The notes below the pieces were generated by a model. The model was not told the DNA's origin. It made no database searches and worked only from the letters and a program-made list of their open reading frames with translations. Both the position numbers and the translations under genes were made by a program. From a virus (taxonomy: Duplodnaviria; Heunggongvirae; Uroviricota; Caudoviricetes), in the IMG/VR virus record IMGVR_UViG_3300043447_000408, positions 1 to 64,000 of that record: a DNA stretch of 64,000 nucleotides, one strand, 5' to 3'. This document shows, piece by piece, positions 60,042-64,000 of this stretch. The stretch's first letter is position 1, and each line of letters begins with the position of its first letter.

Positions 60042-61814
60042 ATGAAAAAAATTTTAATTACAGGTTGTTCAGGTTTAGTCGGTGTTCATTTGGTTAAGGA
60101 ATCGATTATGAGAAACCATTTAGTCATTGGTGTTGACAAAGTTAAATCGGAGCATTTACCAGAATCTGATAGGTTTAAGTTTTATGAATTAGACCTTATG
60201 AATGAGGAGAACATTACAAAATTATTTGAAGAAGAAAAACCAGACGCAGTATTCAACTGCTTCGGTGTTAAGGGTTCACCATTAAAAGCTAAAACTCAAC
60301 CGGTGGACTTTCTATATCCATCACAAAAAATCAATACTGAAATAATTCACCAATGTGCCAAAAATAACGTTTGGTTAGTTTTTGTAAGTTCTGTTGGTGT
60401 TTACTCTCCTGCTGAGAAATTCTTAGAAACTGATGTATGGAAGACATTACCTTCTGAAAATGATTGGTTTCCTGCTTGGTCAAAAAGAATTGGTGAGTTA
60501 TTGGTAGGTGCATATAGAAAACAATATGGTTATAAAAAATGGACTATTGTTAGACCCGCAAACATATTTGGTGAGTATGATGATTGGAGTGGTAATGGTA
60601 CTGTAATCTCAAGTATTATTAAGAAAGTATATGAAGCCGAGGATGGTGGTGAAATTGAAGCTTGGGGAGATGGTACACCTGTTAGAGATTTTATTTATGC
60701 TAATGACGTTGCAGTTGCTATTTTAAATTGTTATAAGAATAGAGTGAATGACGTAGTTAATTTAGGTTCTGGTGAAACGATAACAATTCAATCAATGATT
60801 GAAGAGGTTATTAAAATTAGTGGTAAAAATTTAACCATTAAATGGGATAAATCAAAACCAAATGGAGATATGCGTAGACAAATGGATACCAGTCTTCAAA
60901 ACGGTTATCAACTATTACCTTTTGTAGGATTTAAGGAAGCACTTAGAAGAACGTATAGTTATTATGAAAAACACTATGGTACACTTGAATTGAATATGGA
61001 CATTGAAGAGTATCTTGAAAAGGGATTTTATGTTGGTAAAGTTAAAGAATTTATTAAAAAACACGAATGGGATGATTATCTAAAAAGATTAGAAAATATT
61101 AGAAAAAAATCTGAAGATAAGAAAGGTTATGGATATCGTTTTGAATTTAGAATACCAACAGACTATTCTGAAGAAGGATTTGATTATGTTAGAACAATAC
61201 CCGCAGATGAGATAGAAGAAAGAGAAAAATTCGTTACCGAAAAAGGTTGGGATGTTGTTCAGCGTTGGTGGGAGTTGAGGGATAGTGAAGGAAATTTCAA
61301 TGACGATATATTCTACTTTAGAGATAAGGTATCAAGATTTGTTCATAAGATATATCCTGAAGTAAAAGAATGGAATATTGGGCACAACGATGGGTTAACA
61401 ATTTATGAAAATGGTGACTTTATTGAACCTCATATTGATGGTCAAAATCCTGATAGATATTGTGTGGTATTAATTTACTTATCAGACGAAAAAGACTATA
61501 TTGATGGTGGAGGAAAATTAATATTACAAGATAAGGGATATTATGATGAAGTAATTCCAATCCATTTAAATTTTGCAATGTTAGATTTCTCAAAAAATAA
61601 TTCAAATCACACAGTTGAAATGGTTAAGAATGATTTTAAAAGATTTACATACATTAATTTCATTCAAGTTAGACCTTATAGTCCTCCCGCAAGATACAAT
61701 GGTAATGAAAAAATTGAAGAGGTGTGGGAACCTGATACTGATGTATGTTATGGTAAACCATTTGAGATTCCACAAACTAATGATGTAAAAAAAGTTAAAA
61801 AAAGTTTAATATGA
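60042..61814 (+). CDS. fusion protein: NAD-dependent epimerase/reductase + 2OG-Fe(II) oxygenase
   Basis: N-terminal MKKILITGCSGLVGVHLV Rossmann; C-terminal EPHIDG, NHTVEMV, RFTYINF; ends KKSLI like other oxygenase paralogs. Confidence 0.7.
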   Translation: MKKILITGCSGLVGVHLVKESIMRNHLVIGVDKVKSEHLPESDRFKFYELDLMNEENITKLFEEEKPDAVFNCFGVKGSPLKAKTQPVDFLYPSQKINTEIIHQCAKNNVWLVFVSSVGVYSPAEKFLETDVWKTLPSENDWFPAWSKRIGELLVGAYRKQYGYKKWTIVRPANIFGEYDDWSGNGTVISSIIKKVYEAEDGGEIEAWGDGTPVRDFIYANDVAVAILNCYKNRVNDVVNLGSGETITIQSMIEEVIKISGKNLTIKWDKSKPNGDMRRQMDTSLQNGYQLLPFVGFKEALRRTYSYYEKHYGTLELNMDIEEYLEKGFYVGKVKEFIKKHEWDDYLKRLENIRKKSEDKKGYGYRFEFRIPTDYSEEGFDYVRTIPADEIEEREKFVTEKGWDVVQRWWELRDSEGNFNDDIFYFRDKVSRFVHKIYPEVKEWNIGHNDGLTIYENGDFIEPHIDGQNPDRYCVVLIYLSDEKDYIDGGGKLILQDKGYYDEVIPIHLNFAMLDFSKNNSNHTVEMVKNDFKRFTYINFIQVRPYSPPARYNGNEKIEEVWEPDTDVCYGKPFEIPQTNDVKKVKKSLI

Positions 61815-62785
61815 TAAATAAAAATTCAAAAATTTTAATAACCGGTGGTTCTGGTTTGGTTGGGCAAAACTTAACAAATAGGTTAGTGTCCGAAGGATAC
61901 AACAACATAAGAGTTTCTTTACACGCTAGAGAACCAAGAATAAAACATATGGATGTAGAATATTGGTATTCTGATTTACAAACACAAGAAGGTTGTAAAA
62001 CTATTACCAAAGATGTTGATGTTGTTTTTCATTGTGCAGCATCTACTTCAAATGCTGTTGATACTGTCAATGACCCATTAGCTCACGTAACTCCAAATGT
62101 TGCAATGAACAATTTTTTAATTGATGCCGCTTGGAGAAATAACGTTAAACATTATGTATTTATTTCATCGAACACTGTGTATCCACCTAAAGGTGATGAA
62201 CCTGTGGTTGAAACTGATTTCTTATTTGATGAACCTTATCCTGTTTATTTCCCTGTTGGTTGGATGAAACGTTACGCTGAGGTTCAATGTGAATTGTATG
62301 CAAAATACTTACCACGAACAATGAAATGTACTGTCATCAGACCTGCTAATTTGTTTGGCCCTCACGATAAGTACGATTTCAATAAGTGTCACGTAACACC
62401 CGCAACTATTCGTAAAGTTGCTGACCAATTAAATCCAATTCCTGTTTGGGGTGATGGTACTGAGTTAAGAGACTTACTATATGTTGAAGATTTTGTTGAA
62501 TCTTTACAAGTTGTAATGGAAAATGAAACTGAAATGTTCCAAGTATATAACGTTGGTTCAAATAAAGTTTATTCAGTACTTGAAGTATTGGATGAAATGA
62601 AGAAAATTGCAAACTACGATGCACCTACTGAGTTCATTAGTGGTAAACCTTCAATGATTCCAACAAGAAAAATCGATTCAAATAAAATAAAAGATAAATT
62701 AGGTTGGGAAGCTAAAACTTCATTATCTGAAGGTTTAGAGAAAGCCTACGAATGGTATAACGAAAACAAAAACGAATTTAATTAA
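61811..62785 (+). CDS. NAD-dependent epimerase/reductase (GDP-sugar synthase-like)
   Basis: ILITGGSGLVGQNL, VFHCAAS. Confidence 0.75.
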   Translation: MINKNSKILITGGSGLVGQNLTNRLVSEGYNNIRVSLHAREPRIKHMDVEYWYSDLQTQEGCKTITKDVDVVFHCAASTSNAVDTVNDPLAHVTPNVAMNNFLIDAAWRNNVKHYVFISSNTVYPPKGDEPVVETDFLFDEPYPVYFPVGWMKRYAEVQCELYAKYLPRTMKCTVIRPANLFGPHDKYDFNKCHVTPATIRKVADQLNPIPVWGDGTELRDLLYVEDFVESLQVVMENETEMFQVYNVGSNKVYSVLEVLDEMKKIANYDAPTEFISGKPSMIPTRKIDSNKIKDKLGWEAKTSLSEGLEKAYEWYNENKNEFN

Positions 62786-63594
62786 TGAAAAAGGGAATAG
62801 TATTTGCTGGTTGTTCTTTTACTTGGGGTCAAGGTCTTTATTATTATTCAAAAATGAGTACAGTTAAAGAACCCGCACCCGAACAATTCGAACAAAAATT
62901 AGTAACAGATGCACATAAACGTTTTATGTCTACTTTAAGATTTCCAAGATTAGTCGCAAATCATTTTGAAACATTTGAAATTGTTAAAAAAGAAAATGGT
63001 GGTAGTGAGGACGAGTCGTTATTGTTTTTAGATTACATTTTTACCAATAGAAACGGATTAACTCACTTACTTGAGGAAAAATTTTCATATGAAGAAATAG
63101 GGTATGCCGTTTTCCAAACCAGTCAACCAGGTAGATGTTCATTTACATTTACACATAAGGGAAATGACCACAAAATGAATTGGATTGGTTCGTCTCAAGG
63201 AATCCAAAGAATCTTCTTTGAATGGATGGAAGAAAATGGTATTGGTGGATTTCCTGAATGGTATGTTGAACACTGTAAACAACAAGTTAAAAAAATTAAA
63301 GAGACGTTTGAATTTTTGGAGAGTAAGGGTATTAAGTGTATAATTGTTAATTGGCAAGATGACTATGTTAAGTATGTTAAGGAAGACCCTTATTTACACG
63401 ACAGAATGGTCTATCTAAATTATAACGGTACTGAATATACCAATATCGATTATATGATGAGACTTAATAATGGTTTAACCATTAGAGATGATTTTGATGA
63501 ATTAGGAGAACATCCACCGAAAGATTCTCACCCATCTAAAAAATGTCATAGAATAATTGCAGACGCAGTAATCAAAAAAATAGAATCATTATGA
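62785..63594 (+). CDS. SGNH hydrolase-like protein (GCS variant)
   Basis: block I IVFAGCSFTWGQG, block V KDSHPSKKCHRIIADAV. Confidence 0.55.
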   Translation: MKKGIVFAGCSFTWGQGLYYYSKMSTVKEPAPEQFEQKLVTDAHKRFMSTLRFPRLVANHFETFEIVKKENGGSEDESLLFLDYIFTNRNGLTHLLEEKFSYEEIGYAVFQTSQPGRCSFTFTHKGNDHKMNWIGSSQGIQRIFFEWMEENGIGGFPEWYVEHCKQQVKKIKETFEFLESKGIKCIIVNWQDDYVKYVKEDPYLHDRMVYLNYNGTEYTNIDYMMRLNNGLTIRDDFDELGEHPPKDSHPSKKCHRIIADAVIKKIESL

Positions 63595-64000
63595 GTTCAC
63601 CACAATACACCCCATATAAGGACGCTTTAACCAAATCAATGACTTACCTTGGTCAACAAGAAGATACGGTCTTCTTGGGTCAGCAAATCCTTTGGCACGG
63701 TAATCCAATGAGTACAACTATCGGAGAAGTTCCAAAAGATAAGTTAATTGAACTTCCTGTTATGGAAGAATCGCAAATGGGAATGAGTTTAGGTATGGCA
63801 ATGGCGGGTAAAACTGTTATTACATTTTATCCTCGATGGGATTTTTTAATTTGTGCAACTAATCAATTAGTAAATCACGTAGATAAAATTAAATTAATGA
63901 GTAATCAAGAATGGAATCCTAATATGATTATTCGATTAGGTAAGGGTTCTGATAAGCCATTAGACCCTGGTCATCAACATAGAGGTAGTTATTTAGCATC
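63591..64000 (+). CDS. transketolase C-terminal-like / E1-beta-like subunit (3' truncated by window end)
   Basis: ATGA overlap; ELPVMEESQMGMSLGMAMAGK...LICATNQLVNHVDKIKLMSNQ...IRLGKG matches pyrimidine-binding domain of TPP enzymes. Confidence 0.7.
   Translation, partial: MSSPQYTPYKDALTKSMTYLGQQEDTVFLGQQILWHGNPMSTTIGEVPKDKLIELPVMEESQMGMSLGMAMAGKTVITFYPRWDFLICATNQLVNHVDKIKLMSNQEWNPNMIIRLGKGSDKPLDPGHQHRGSYLA

Noticed and set aside
1-64000. Possibility that this is a eukaryotic giant virus (AT-rich, TAAATG-like starts, P4H-like oxygenases, MGCGC N-terminus)
   Set aside because: Peptidoglycan-directed enzymes (M23/GH108 lysin, NlpC/P60), a tail fiber with S74 chaperone domain, operon-like co-oriented blocks and ATGA coupling point to a bacteriophage. 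A TAAATG start context occurs only sporadically.
1-64000. CRISPR arrays, rRNA or tRNA genes
   Set aside because: No direct-repeat/spacer periodicity seen. Intergenic gaps are short (the largest are about 80-220 nt and hold small ORFs or promoter-like AT tracts) and show no cloverleaf-compatible tRNA sequence.

Overview
AT-rich (by eye about two-thirds A+T), densely packed window that reads as part of a large tailed dsDNA bacteriophage genome. Genes sit in long co-oriented blocks: minus 119-25622, plus 25719-32615, minus 32608-56547, plus 56629-64000. Many junctions are ATGA or TAATG stop/start overlaps, and there are no obvious Shine-Dalgarno sequences. The phage assignment rests on a 1276-aa repeat-rich tail fiber with a C-terminal S74-type intramolecular chaperone domain, a three-domain peptidoglycan hydrolase (PG-binding + M23 + GH108-like) and a secreted NlpC/P60 peptidase. 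The first 25 kb is an auxiliary/metabolic region. It holds an Rnl2-like RNA ligase, a metallophosphoesterase and a P-loop kinase that together look like an RNA-repair set. It also holds RmlC, SPFH/band-7, a 2x[4Fe-4S] ferredoxin, a DEDDh exonuclease, an AdoMetDC-like pyruvoyl enzyme, a Dcm-like C5 methyltransferase, a thymidylate synthase-family enzyme and a pair of large paralogs of unknown function. From about 26 kb to the window end the sequence is dominated by a very large glycan biosynthesis and tailoring island. It contains GT4/GT2 and DXD glycosyltransferases, putative fucosyltransferase-like paralogs, five NAD-dependent epimerase/reductases (one fused to a 2OG-Fe(II) oxygenase), RmlC-like cupin epimerases and a split TPP-dependent transketolase/E1-like enzyme. 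The same island holds a Nod-factor-like decoration toolkit: a NodU-type carbamoyltransferase, two NodH-like sulfotransferases next to an APS kinase and an HxGH nucleotidyltransferase, a flavin-dependent (tryptophan-type) halogenase, four to five P4H-like 2OG-Fe(II) oxygenases and six paralogous SGNH hydrolases. The island is interrupted by the tail-fiber gene followed by three tandem paralogous small Tyr/Gly-rich proteins, which are candidate receptor-binding or adhesin cassettes. No rRNA, tRNA or CRISPR array was recognised. All functional calls are motif-based readings of the supplied translations; no database search was possible.
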